Part shown: piece after piece, positions 25,632-38,077 of the stretch
Layout: each line of letters opens with the position of its first letter
Numbering within the stretch: position 1 is the stretch's first letter
Source: Octopus sinensis
Taxonomy: Eukaryota
NCBI RefSeq assembly: GCF_006345805.1
Contig: NC_043002.1
Span: 96,906,001-96,970,000, forward strand
Length of the DNA stretch: 64,000 nt
Reading direction: 5' to 3'
The notes under the pieces: generated by a model
The model's database searches: none
What the model was told of the DNA's origin: nothing
The model's input: only the letters and a program-made list of their open reading frames with translations
Made by a program: the position numbers and the translations under genes

Positions 25632-26201
25632 CTGAACGTTAAAATGTTTCCATAGATTTCTGTTCTTATATTTAATCTTCTGACAAGATTAAATTAAATA
25701 TGTCTTCTCTCTTCTGTTTAACACTGTAATCTATGTAGTTTATAAACTTATTTGAAATATATGAGCCGGGTGGGGTCGCTTTGCAATCACGCGCTTTCAG
25801 GCTCAGTTCCACTAAGCGTCACATTGTGTAAGATCTATTTAATATAGCCCCGAGTCGACCAATGAAATTTGAGGAGTCAGGAGCGGAAACATGTTGTGTG
25901 TGTGTGTGTGTTTGTGTTTTCAATTTTAATTCTGTCCTACTTAAGAAACAGAAAACAGTCTGTCATAGACTTCGCTGAAAACGAAACACTTTTTAAAAGT
26001 TTTAAATAAGGAGGATTTCAATGGTTTGTCAACTGAAAGAGCTAACCGGAAATGCTTACATTTATATTTTTACGTCTGAATGAGAACTAACTGGAGCTAG
26101 AGGTAAAACGGAAGAAAACATGTGTTACAAAGATACTTCAACAGTGATATGGAGGAAATATATTATATAAGCTAAATTAAATAGTCAAAATATATACTCA
26201 C

Positions 26202-26349
26202 TTTTCAAAACAATCTCCCCCTGATTTTGATATGACTTGAACGCTATTACTTCCGGTAATCGAGCACTTGCGAGTCCAGCATTGGTCGCCTTCCAAGCTC
26301 GCCCAAGTTTTACCGGTGTTAACACAATTGCCAAGATTGTCCCGACAAT
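26202..26349 (-). CDS. coding exon, Cys/Trp module 2 of a secreted protein (148 nt, phase 1 to 2)
   Basis: tttttttgtcaacaacAG| ... |GTGAGT. Encodes (Y)CRDNLGNCVNTGKTWASLEGDQCWTRKCSITGSNSVQVISKSGGDCFE. Confidence 0.85.
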
Positions 26350-26439
26350 CTGTTGTTGACAAAAAAATATTTATTATTCCATTTAAAAACATATCTTTGA
26401 CATAATTATAACTACAATGTTTTAAAGCTTTTGCAAAAA

Positions 26440-26627
26440 GTCAACTGTTTCAGGAGATCGGGTAAGTTGGTTACATCGACTCTAATGCACGAGAGTTACT
26501 TGTTTTATCGATCTGGAAGGGATCAAATGCAAAGTCGACCTCAGTGGAGTTTAAAGTCAAACTCGAAAACCAGAAGAAATTCTGATAAGCATTTTGTCTG
26601 GCATGCTAACTATTTTGCCAGTTCACC
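26440..26627 (-). mobile_element. SINE family 2, diverged
   Basis: Similarity to other family 2 copies. Confidence 0.65.
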
Positions 26628-26849
26628 CTTGAGTTTTTCTTGTCTAGATGTTTGTTAAACGTAATTTATTAGCTCATATTCCAAAAATCGGAATTTATTA
26701 AACTGAACGTATGAATATTCTGTACCTCGCTTTTTTTAAGGAGAGATAGAAGGCATTTCAATAAGCATATACCCCAATAAAATGAAGGATATTTGAAGCA
26801 TTCTATTTGATTATAAGTGTAAAAATGGCACTATGCAGTTTACGACGTC

Positions 26850-27130
26850 CAGTATTCCACTTGATCTGATCAACAGAATCTCCTGCTCGTGAAACTGACG
26901 TGCAAGTGGTTGAACGGACCACAGGTATGCGTGCCCTCAGCGTAGATCTGAGCAAGATTCAGAATGTAACAAGGCTGTCCTTTCGAATTACAGGTGCAAT
27001 TTATTTTTGCCAGTTAAATTGACTGGGAGAACGTGAAATAAAGTGTATTGCTTAAGCACACAATGCACTGCCAGGAATCCCACTCAGAACTGTGAGCCAA
27101 ATACCAAAACCTCTAAGCCACGCGCCTTCA
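26850..27130 (-). mobile_element. SINE family 3, diverged
   Basis: Reverse complement resembles 12205-12523. Confidence 0.65.
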
Positions 27131-27469
27131 CAACTTATAAAAGTTGTCATTTAGTGAACTTACTCAAAACCTTAATGTATTCTTAATGCAGCGTGCTAAA
27201 AAAAAAAGGCTACACATTAAACCTCGTTGAATAATGTTACTAACTTGTGTTCTTATATATTTTTTGCTTATGATTTTGCAAGAGCTGAGGACATGATTAC
27301 AAAACTGAATACTATTTTGACTTAAGTGTAATGTAACGATCTATAATGGAGGGTTGCGTATAACAGTTATGGAAGTAATTTAGATGTATTTTTGTGCTTA
27401 TTTGATGCGAGGATTTGTCGTGTGTAGGTATTCGCATTCGCAGGAGCGTATGCATCAATACATATGCTC

Positions 27470-27881
27470 TATCTTTTACTCTTTTACGTGTTTCAGTCAT
27501 TTGACTGCGGCCATGCTGGAGCACCGCCTTCAGGCGAGCAAATCGACCCCGGGACTTATTCTTTGTAAGCCCAGTACTTATTCTATCGGTCACTTTAGCC
27601 GACCCGCTTTGTGACGGGGACGTAAACACACCAGCATCGGTTGTCAAGCAATGCTAGGGCGACAACACAGACACACAAACACACACACACACATACATAT
27701 ATATATATACATATATACGACAGGCTTCTTTCAGTTTCCGTCTACCAAATCCACTCACAAGGCATTGGTCGGCCCGGGGCTATAGCAGAAGACACTCGCC
27801 CAAGATGCCACGCAGTGGGACTGAACCCGGAAACATGTGGTTGGTTAGCAAGCTACTTACCACACAGCCACTCCTGCGCCT
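27470..27881 (-). mobile_element. SINE family 1, full length
   Basis: Reverse complement of the family 1 pattern. Confidence 0.9.
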
Positions 27882-28333
27882 GTATGCATAGCTTTTGTTA
27901 ATAAATTGCGTGTATTAAACCAGAGTGGGTATGCGAGTATCTTTAAAACCGTTGTAACAGCATTGGAATTTGTTTGTTAAGGTCGAGATTAATTTAAGAT
28001 TTTACTAAGATGATTCGTAATCGTCGGCTTTATCTCGTATCCGACTATTCATCTCCTGCTTTGCTGAACACTTCCTTCGTGGTGATGCCGTTGATAGCTC
28101 TATTAACCAATCCTTGCAAAGAAGATTCTATGTCATTGACTGTATGGCAATGTTGGTGGAGGATGGGTTTCGACATCCGCTGGTTAGCACATTTCTAAGA
28201 TAGATATTCTGCATTGATAAACACAGTTTAACGATCCAATTAAATTATTATAAGAAACTTGGTTGAAATGATAATTCAGAAGATCTTAAGAAAATTTGAA
28301 GGGCACTGCACTCGAAATTGGAAAGGGAATATA

Positions 28334-28370
<37 letters not shown>

Positions 28371-28455
28371 AGAATTTACAAAAAGAAAAAAGACGAAGAC
28401 GGGTCTGTAAACAAAAAACAGATGTTTTAGTTTAACGTTCGGGAAGTGAGAAAGT

Positions 28456-28491
28456 CTTTTATATTTCGAGTCTACGCTCTTCGACAGAAAA
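28456..28491 (-). ncRNA. hammerhead-like variant (core CUGUCGA) in a pseudo-LTR fragment
   Basis: TTTT CTGTCGA A GAGC GTAG ACTC GAAA TA TA AAAG. Hammerhead topology, but the core has A6 to U. Confidence 0.45.
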
Positions 28492-28565
28492 GAACACAAA
28501 TATATACAAGGATAGAAAATAGAATATATATATTATATATATGTATATATATTTATGTAACTTAC

Positions 28566-28703
28566 ACACACTCCTTGTATATACTCTCCATCTAGTTTCA
28601 CTCATCCAACGGCATAATTTCAAAGCACACATAATCTCCGTCTGTTCTACCCATAACTCTCCGTAAGAGTGGCATTCACCTTCAACTGAACATCCATCAC
28701 AAT
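28566..28703 (-). CDS. coding exon, Cys/Trp module 1 of a secreted protein (138 nt, phase 1-1)
   Basis: tatctatttctattcAG| ... |GTAAGT. Encodes (D)CDGCSVEGECHSYGELWVEQTEIMCALKLCRWMSETRWRVYTRSV. Confidence 0.85.
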
Positions 28704-28869
28704 CTGAATAGAAATAGATATAATAATATCTACTAAGTATTATATTTATATATATATAGGTAATTTCTGAGGTAAATTTATTATAAGCTAGAAGATAAAG
28801 ATGCTTTCGATAATATATATACTTTGCTTCTTTCTAATTCATATATGAAATTCAGTTGGAATCATTTAC

Positions 28870-29855
<986 letters not shown>

Positions 29856-29945
29856 AATAATAATAATAATAATAATAATATTAATAATATTTCGTTTTTG
29901 GATTTCCTTTGCAAGATTGTATATGAATTCGTGTGTTGAAGCATA

Positions 29946-31099
29946 TTCTGTTGTGTCTGGGGAGAGTCATTTTCTTTTTGTGCCTGATAATATAACACAT
30001 ACACAGGTAAAATTTCCACTTATTTCTTATTTTCATTTTCCTAAAATTTTCGTTGCAACTTTTTCAATAGTCTTGACTCTGTCCATTATTTACACTGCGT
30101 TCCTTTTTGTTTGTTTGTGCGCATGTGTGTGGGTCATTGTGTGTGTGTGCCTGTGCATGCACGCATGTACGTATGTGTGTATGTATGTATGCATGTGTAT
30201 GTATGAATATATGTGTATGTGCATTTGTATGTATGTATCCTGTATATCCATGTGCTTACATATCCGTGTTTGCGTATTTTCTATGTATGTGTGTGTGCGA
30301 GCGTGTGTTTGTATATGTACGCACCTCTGTCTCCTCATGTGTGCATGTGTGTGTGTGTGTGTGCGTTATGCAACCATGTACCATGTTTGTATGTATGGAT
30401 GGATGTGCATCTCTATATGTGTGGATCCGTGTTTCCATATGTGTCCTTGTGTGGAGTAAAGTGTGTGTGTATATATATGATCATGTGTGTCAGTCTCCAT
30501 TTGCGTATGAGTGCTTGTCTGTCCTTATTATCTATGTACCTATCCATCTGTATGTTGATCTGTTTATTCTCATATCTATATGCTTACATACAAATAAAAA
30601 CATATGCATACACACACTCTCACACCCACCCACACACATACATACATCTATCTACATGAATCTACATAACAGTCCACTAACTATTCTACTCTACCTGTGT
30701 AAACTGTGGGTATGTATATTTCCTATTTAGTATTGGGGAGGTTTCATTTATAAGGACGTACGCCCGAATTTGTCTGAGTGTTGGGTCTTTTGGGTGCTTG
30801 GATAAGATGCGGATGTTCAAGTTGACCCAAGTTGCCTCCATGGTGGTCTTTGGCATGTTGGTTGCGTATGAAGGACTGCTTTTTTTTGTTTTTTGTCGTC
30901 ATATTATCTCATATTGCATACACAAAGAGACAGAGGTGCATACATATACAAATACACACTCACACACATACATACATAGAAAATACACAAACACGGACAT
31001 GTAGAAACATGAAACTATACAAGATACATACATACAGATGCACACATATATACATATACATACATACATACACTCATACATAGGTACATGCATGCATAG

Positions 31100-31139
<40 letters not shown>

Positions 31140-31337
31140 ACACACACACACATGCGCACAAACAAACAAAAAGGAACGCAGTGTAAATAACAGACAGAGC
31201 CAAGACTATTGAAAAGTTTGCAAGACACAACGAAAATTTTAGGAAAATAAAAATAAGAAATATGTGGAAATTTTACCGGTGAGTGTGTTACATTATAAGG
31301 CACGAAAAGAAAATGACTCTCCCCAGACACAACAGAA
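29946..31337. repeat. about 400-bp imperfect inverted repeat pair with about 570-bp spacer
   Basis: 29946-30346 is the diverged reverse complement of 30915-31337. Confidence 0.85.
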
Positions 31338-32429
31338 AAATAATAATAATAATAATAATAATAAGAAGAAGAAGAAGAAGAACGAAAGAAAAGACGAAAG
31401 AAGAAGAAAAAGAGAAGACGAAGGAAGAAGAAGAAGAGAAAGAAGAAGAAGAAGAAGAAGAATAAGAAGAAGAAGAATAAGAAGAAGAAGAAGAAGAAGA
31501 AAAGAATAAGAATAATAAGAATAAGAAGAAGCAAGAAGAAGAAGAAGAAGAAAAGAATAAGGCGGCTGGACGTGACAGAGGATGGACGTATTTTTACGAT
31601 GCTCTGAACTGGCAACAGCGAACCCGGCAGGTCAACTGTAGAAAACTGGAAGATCTACTGTTTTCTGTAAGTAATTTGAATTACCCTCAAAATAAGTAAA
31701 AAAAAAAAAAAAAACTTACATATCTACAGCTCATACAAACGTACACCTAAAACGAAAAATTAGAAACATACATATCTCCAATTCTGTGTGAACATTTACA
31801 TTTAGTCGTCTCTCATGACTATAAGAATGTGTAAAATTGCCTTTTAAATTACCTTTTATTGTAACAACACAATTAAATGCACGATATAAAAAGTTATGGA
31901 ATTAAGCACCTACTACTATATACATACAACTGAATTCAGAAATTTAAAAAATATATACATAACATTGAACTCAGAAAGTTATTTAAAAAAAAAGAAAAAA
32001 AAAAAAATCTTCGACGAAAACATCAGATATTTGTGAGTGAATGCTTCTGTATTTCATGTTTCTGTATCCATTATTGTTTTTTGTTTTTTTTTTTTTTTTA
32101 TATTGTCCCTTTTGCTGTCCTGGTGTTCGTATGCATTCGATCTTACAGGAAATACGCTTCCAGCTTAGTTTTTCTAATGGCTCGTTGCTTAGTTTTTCTT
32201 GGAGGGCTGGCCGTGATCTAGTAATCTCAAGATTAATCAGCCGAAATTACTACGATGATCCGGTTCTTGACTGAAGACTGAGGGGTTCGAATGTCCTGTC
32301 CATGTTTATTGTATCGTCTTCTAAGAGTTATACGTTCTTGTCCATGTTGTATTTTTCTACATACCTTAATATATATACATATACATATGCATGTGGTGAA
32401 GAAGAAAAGAGAAAGGGTAAAAAAAATAA

Positions 32430-32460
<31 letters not shown>

Positions 32461-32849
32461 ACGTAAACAGGTTTGACCTTTTACTGACCATTAACGTCCT
32501 TTGTCTCCACCATCTACCGTGGCTATTTATAGACCCAAAGAACATGAATTCTTTAACCACCCATTCTCCAACACAATGGAGTGTTGATGGTGGCTGTGGC
32601 TACACATTGAAGATGATGATGGTGATGGTGGTGTTGCTGATGATGGTGATGGTGGTGAAGATGATAGTAATAACAATAATAACTGACAGATCCCGTCTTT
32701 TTCCCTTTCTTTTCGTTTCCTTCTCCGTATTTTATTCTCATTATTTCGAACTAATACAGACACAGTAAGCCTTGAAGTAAGGAAAGGAGGAGGAAAGGAG
32801 GGGAAAAAAAAAAAAATGTCCGGAGATAAAACTATCAACAAAAAAAATA

Positions 32850-35800
32850 CAGACGAATATAGATCTGCTAGTCTTAAGAAGCGGCGCTATGAGCAATGCT
32901 TACATGTAGTGAACCCTAAACTGACAGAGCCATTCCTAATATAAGAATGGATGCTCGTCATGCTTCAAGGTCAACAAATCAAACAATAAACCGCATTGGT
33001 CATTGCGCGGATTACAAAGACCACGTACCCGAAAATTGAACCAAATCCTGATTGAAAAATCAGTTACTGGATCAAATCTTCCCAACACACAGGAGCTGGA
33101 CGAACCCCACAACCGGAATATTCCAACAGATGGCCATCCATGCTCATCACCAAATAATCAAAAGAAAAAGAAGGAAAAATGGTCTAGGGAAGATAATAAA
33201 GAAGTTCTTGAGGCCTTCTACCATGCCATATATTTCCCCACAGATAAGTAGCACTGTACAAGCATACTTAAACTGGAGACAGAAACACCCTGAAGTAAGA
33301 CCCTACATAGACAGTAACAAGCTTGCCAATGTTAGAAGAAACATTATAAAAAAGAAATTACTGACTGAAGTAGAGATTGATCAGGTTAGACAAGCAATAT
33401 CGGATAAAATGAACGAAGCTGCAGCTAGAGAAGATAATACAGAGGAAATGATTATAGACCAGCCCAGGGCGGATTAAAAACGAAGAGAGGATTGAAAGAG
33501 TTAGTATAAGTGATAGGCAAAGTGAAATACGCCCTGAACCAATCATAAACACTAAGACAGATGAGCATCAAATAGATAAAGAAAGTCACACAAATATTGA
33601 CCCAACAGAACTACATGAGCTAAAAAATCAAATCATGATTGAATGGCTGAAAATTAAAGAAACCAGCATGGATGAGCGTGATACACTTCCTAAAATCCGC
33701 AACTCTAACCAAAACATGAAAATAATTGGTAAAATCCGGCTTGCACTTAAGGATATAATTTCAGTTAATGATGTTGATATCACAAACCTCAACCACCTAT
33801 ACTATGCATCCGCGAAAATCTCAACGATCCTATGTGGTGTAAAGATTAGAAAACGGCAACAGTCCACAAAAAGCCTTCTTGGCAAGAGCGTCTGCAACAA
33901 CAAATTAAAGTATTTAGATCTGACATTGAATATTTGAAAAACCTTAAGGCTCACAAGACTACCAAACCTACAAAAACCCAAAAATTACTGAAAAAATACA
34001 ATATGAAAACTATACTTGATATTGATGCCACCATAAACCATCAAACAAAAGGTATCTGCCAAAGCTGCCCGCATAGCGAGGTATGAAAAGCGTGTTAGAT
34101 TTTTCAAGGACAACAACATGTTCAAAAATAACACCAAGAATTTTTACAGGAAGATAGGCAAAACAGCGTTTACTGCAGGGTCTGTACCATCAAAAGAAGA
34201 AGTGCAGAGATTTTGGAATAAAATCTGGGCAGAAGAAAAAACACACAACGAAGAGGCCCCCTGGATTGACAGAATATCTACAGAACTGGACCCCTTAGAA
34301 GAGCAAAAGTGGGAGGGTGTCAAGGTAGAAGATATAAGATCTGCTCTCAGGAGGTCAAGCAAATGGAAGTCTCCAGGAAAGGATAAAATTCCTAACTTCT
34401 GGCTGAATGCCTTCCCAGAGAGCCATGAACTGCTAACAGAAATGTACAATGATGTTTTGCAACACCCTAGTAGGATGCCTCCTTGGCTAGTTAATGGGTT
34501 AACATTCCTGCTTCCAAAAAGTGAAGAAACAAATGAACCAAAAAACTATAGACCCATAACCTGCTTAACAACTATGTACAAAACACTAACATCTGTCCTG
34601 ACGGAATATACCTATAGTTTTTTAACAGACAGCAGCATATTCCCTAATGAACAGAAAGGATGTAAACGTGGATCCTACGGCTGTAAAGACCAACTACTCA
34701 TCAATAAGATGATCTTAGAAGATTGTCACAAACGACACAAAAACTTATCAATAGCCTGGATAGACTATAAAAAGGCTTTTGATAGCCTACCACATAGCTG
34801 GATTAGGAAATGCCTTGAAATGTATAAGATAGCACCAACTCTGCGAAACTTCTTGACTGTAAGTATGAGATCATGGAGAACCACACTAACTCTGAACAGT
34901 GACAGTGAATCCCTAAATGCTGATGTAAAAATTTCGTGTGGCATTTTCCAGGGTGACTCACTGTCACCACTCCTCTTTTGTTTATCCTTAATACCTCTCT
35001 CAAAGCTGCTCAATGACGCGCAGTAGGGTATAAAATGTTTGATAAAAATATAAATCATCTCGTTTACATGGATGATTTAAAGCTTTTTGCAAAAAATGAT
35101 CAACAACTCAAGGCTTACTAGCGATAGTCAAACAATTCAGTGACGACATCAGAATGCAATTCGGCCTCGATAAATGTGCAAAGGCTACCTTTATCAAAGG
35201 AAAAAAATGACAGAAACATCTAACGTTAACCTTGACCAACAGAATGTCATAAAAGAACTAGACCCAGCGGAGAGCTACAAGTACCTAGGGGTAATTGAAG
35301 GGAACGGAATAAGGCATTCAGAGATAAAGGAAAGGATCAGGAGAGAATGCTATCGAAGAGTGAGAGCAATACTCAAGACAGAGCTGAATGCAAGAAACAG
35401 GATCGAAGCAATCAATGCATTAGCTATACCAGTCGTGACTTACAGTTTCAATATTGTTACTGGTCAATTACTGAAATATGTCAGCTCGACAGAAAAAAAA
35501 AAGGAAACTGTTGACAATGCATAGAATGCACCACCCTAAGGCAGATACAGAACGACTCTATCTGCCAAGAAAAGAGGGAGGCCGTGGTCTTTTGCAACTG
35601 GCAATAACAATGAAGATTGCTACAATTGGCCTAGACACCTACCTGAAAAACTCTGAGGACTGGATGTTAAAACTTGTCTCAAAACATGAAAACAAGAAAG
35701 CATCATACTCAGTCACAAAACAGGCAAAGGAATATCTAAGTGAATTCCGAATACAACCAATTTCGGAATTAGAGATAGACATACAAGAAACAAGCACAGA

Positions 35801-36843
35801 AAAAGCTAGGCGCATGAAAACCCGTGCCAAAATGCGGCCTTAGATATTCTGAATAATAAATGGCAAGAAAAACCTCTCTATGGCAAATACCCAAAGAGAG
35901 CGAATAATGCAGATATCGACAAAGCCCTGACCATCAATGGCTAATGGCCTCTGGCTTAAAATCTGAAACAGAGGGGTTTATCATAGCAGCTCAAGATCAA
36001 TGCCTACCAACAAGAAACTACCAGGCCAACATATTAAAGATCAGAAGCAGTCCAACGTGTCGTGTATGCAAGCAACAAAATGAAACATTGACCATGTGGT
36101 CTCCAAGTGCAGTCTTCTAGCGCCTACAGAGTATCAAACAGGCACTATAGAGCTGCACAATATATTCACTGGGTAATCTGTAAAAACCTGGATTTGCCCC
36201 ATGAAAAAAACTGGTGGGAACACAAACCACCCCCAGTGCTTGAAAATGACCACATCTCACTCCTCTGGAACTTCACCATTCAAACTGACAGGAAGATAGA
36301 TGCAAATAGGCCAGACATCATATTGAAAGACTTCAAACAAAGAACATGCCTCCTCATTGATATGACTGTCCCAATCGATATAAACGTATCTGTCAGGACC
36401 TACCAAAAAACTGAGCAAATATAAAGATCTTGAAATAGAAATCAGCAAAATGTGGAAGCTGAAGACTAAAACAATACCTGTTGTCATAGGTGCCCTGGGA
36501 ATGATAGCAAAAGGGGCTGATAGCTACCAACTCAGATACCAAGAAACCCAAAAATGGCAGAAGTTCAAAAGATAGTGCTCATGGGAACTGCTCATATCCT
36601 ACGCAAAATACTCTCTATGTAACCTCAAGGTTTAAAACAACCATAATTTTCGGTTTAAAAAAAAAAAAAAAAAAAAAACTTTTTTTTTTTTTTAGACATT
36701 CATTAGTACAACATCCCCACCCCCCAAATATATGGCACACTAGGCATAACAACAACATGAACTTCCAACCCTGTTGTCTCTTGAGGTCTCTGGGTGAGAC
36801 TTGGAGCCAACTTGTACAAATATAAAGCAAACGTCAAACATAG
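32850..36843 (+). mobile_element. near-full-length R4/Dong-like RLE LINE, family A (frameshifted)
   Basis: N-terminal KWSREDNKEVLEAFY...W...HP domain; RT (KSPGKDKIPNFW, NYRPITCL, WIDYKKAFDSLPH, GIFQGDSLSPLLF, YMDDLKL); CCHC knuckle; RPDII..LIDMTVP nuclease; 3' end followed by (AAT)n. 5' boundary approximate. Confidence 0.92.
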
Positions 36844-36847
36844 ATAG

Positions 36848-36870
36848 AATAATAATAATAAAATAATAGC

Positions 36871-36930
<60 letters not shown>

Positions 36931-37154
36931 TAATAGCAATAATAATAATAATAAATAATAATAATAATAATAATAATAGCAATAAAATTAATAATAATAA
37001 TTAATTAATAATAATAATAATATAATAATAATAATAGCAATAATAATAATAATAATAATAATTAATAATAATAGCAATTAATAATAATAATAATAATAAT
37101 AATAAAATGCAATAATAATAATAATTAATAATAATAATAAATAATAATAATAGC

Positions 37155-37197
<43 letters not shown>

Positions 37198-37221
37198 GCA
37201 ATAATAATAATAATAATAATA

Positions 37222-37252
<31 letters not shown>

Positions 37253-37301
37253 GCAATAATAATTAATTAATAATAATAATAATAATAATAATTAATAATA
37301 C

Positions 37302-37343
<42 letters not shown>

Positions 37344-37384
37344 TAATAATAATAAATAATAATATAGCAATAATAATAATAATA

Positions 37385-37415
<31 letters not shown>

Positions 37416-37430
37416 AATAATAATAATAAA
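36848..37430 (+). repeat. about 580-bp (AAT)n tract with recurrent AGC interruptions
   Basis: Direct reading. Confidence 0.95.
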
Positions 37431-37980
37431 TGCCCTGATGCAGTACCAGGAAGGGGCTCTCATGGCTTCTGATCTTAACTGATTGGAAGCGTTATTATGT
37501 ACATTGTTTTGTCTTGGTATAAAAGATGGGCTACAGCATATTCTGCTCAATACCACAGATTGCTTGTCAGTTGTTTGACCTTAACCAGTTGAGCATGTCC
37601 CTTAGTGGCTGACGATGTGCATCTCTGATCACGAGCAGAAGTAGTGGGGGGAGTATCATAGCCATTGTGTTGAGAGGGATTCTTTGGGGTTTGAATATTC
37701 ACCTCTGGAGACATGGGTTGTTTTTTTTCAACATCCTTAAACAACCCTTATTCAGGGACCGGTTGAGCGGGATGGGCTACTCAACCTGAAAAAAATTCTA
37801 ACTGGGCCCCACCTGCAAGGTCATGTGCAGTTATCTGATATGAGATCACCATGTCGCGCACATATGGTTGTGATGCATGTGCCTGGTGTGCCTTATCAGA
37901 CAGGTAGTCATGATGGGTATATTGGGCTTCGTATATTTTACCCCAGTGTCACTTTGATGGCATGAACTGCTCTCTCACTC
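37431..37980 (+). mobile_element. element X, full length (about 550 bp, non-coding, origin unknown)
   Basis: TGCCCTGATGCAGTACC...CTGCTCTCTCACTC flanked by (AAT)n; five copies in the window. Confidence 0.85.
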
Positions 37981-38028
37981 AAATAATTAATAATATAATA
38001 ATAATAATAATAATAATAAATAATAATA

Positions 38029-38076
<48 letters not shown>

Positions 38077-38077
<1 letters not shown>

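Noticed and set aside
31720-31746. Reading the micro-exon in phase 2 (C-T-F-V-TGA) as selenocysteine, or as a paralogue of the 25631-25605 exon
   Set aside because: Only about 10 of 27 nt are identical, no SECIS was seen, and the upstream exon dictates phase 1.
32250-32310. CTGAAGA followed by TTCGAA in a repeat-like fragment
   Set aside because: No stem II or stem I pairing could be built.
37431-37981. Element X as a solo LTR (TG...CA ends)
   Set aside because: The final A comes from the (AAT)n flank, there is no terminal inverted repeat or definable TSD, and one copy is 5'-truncated like a retrocopy.
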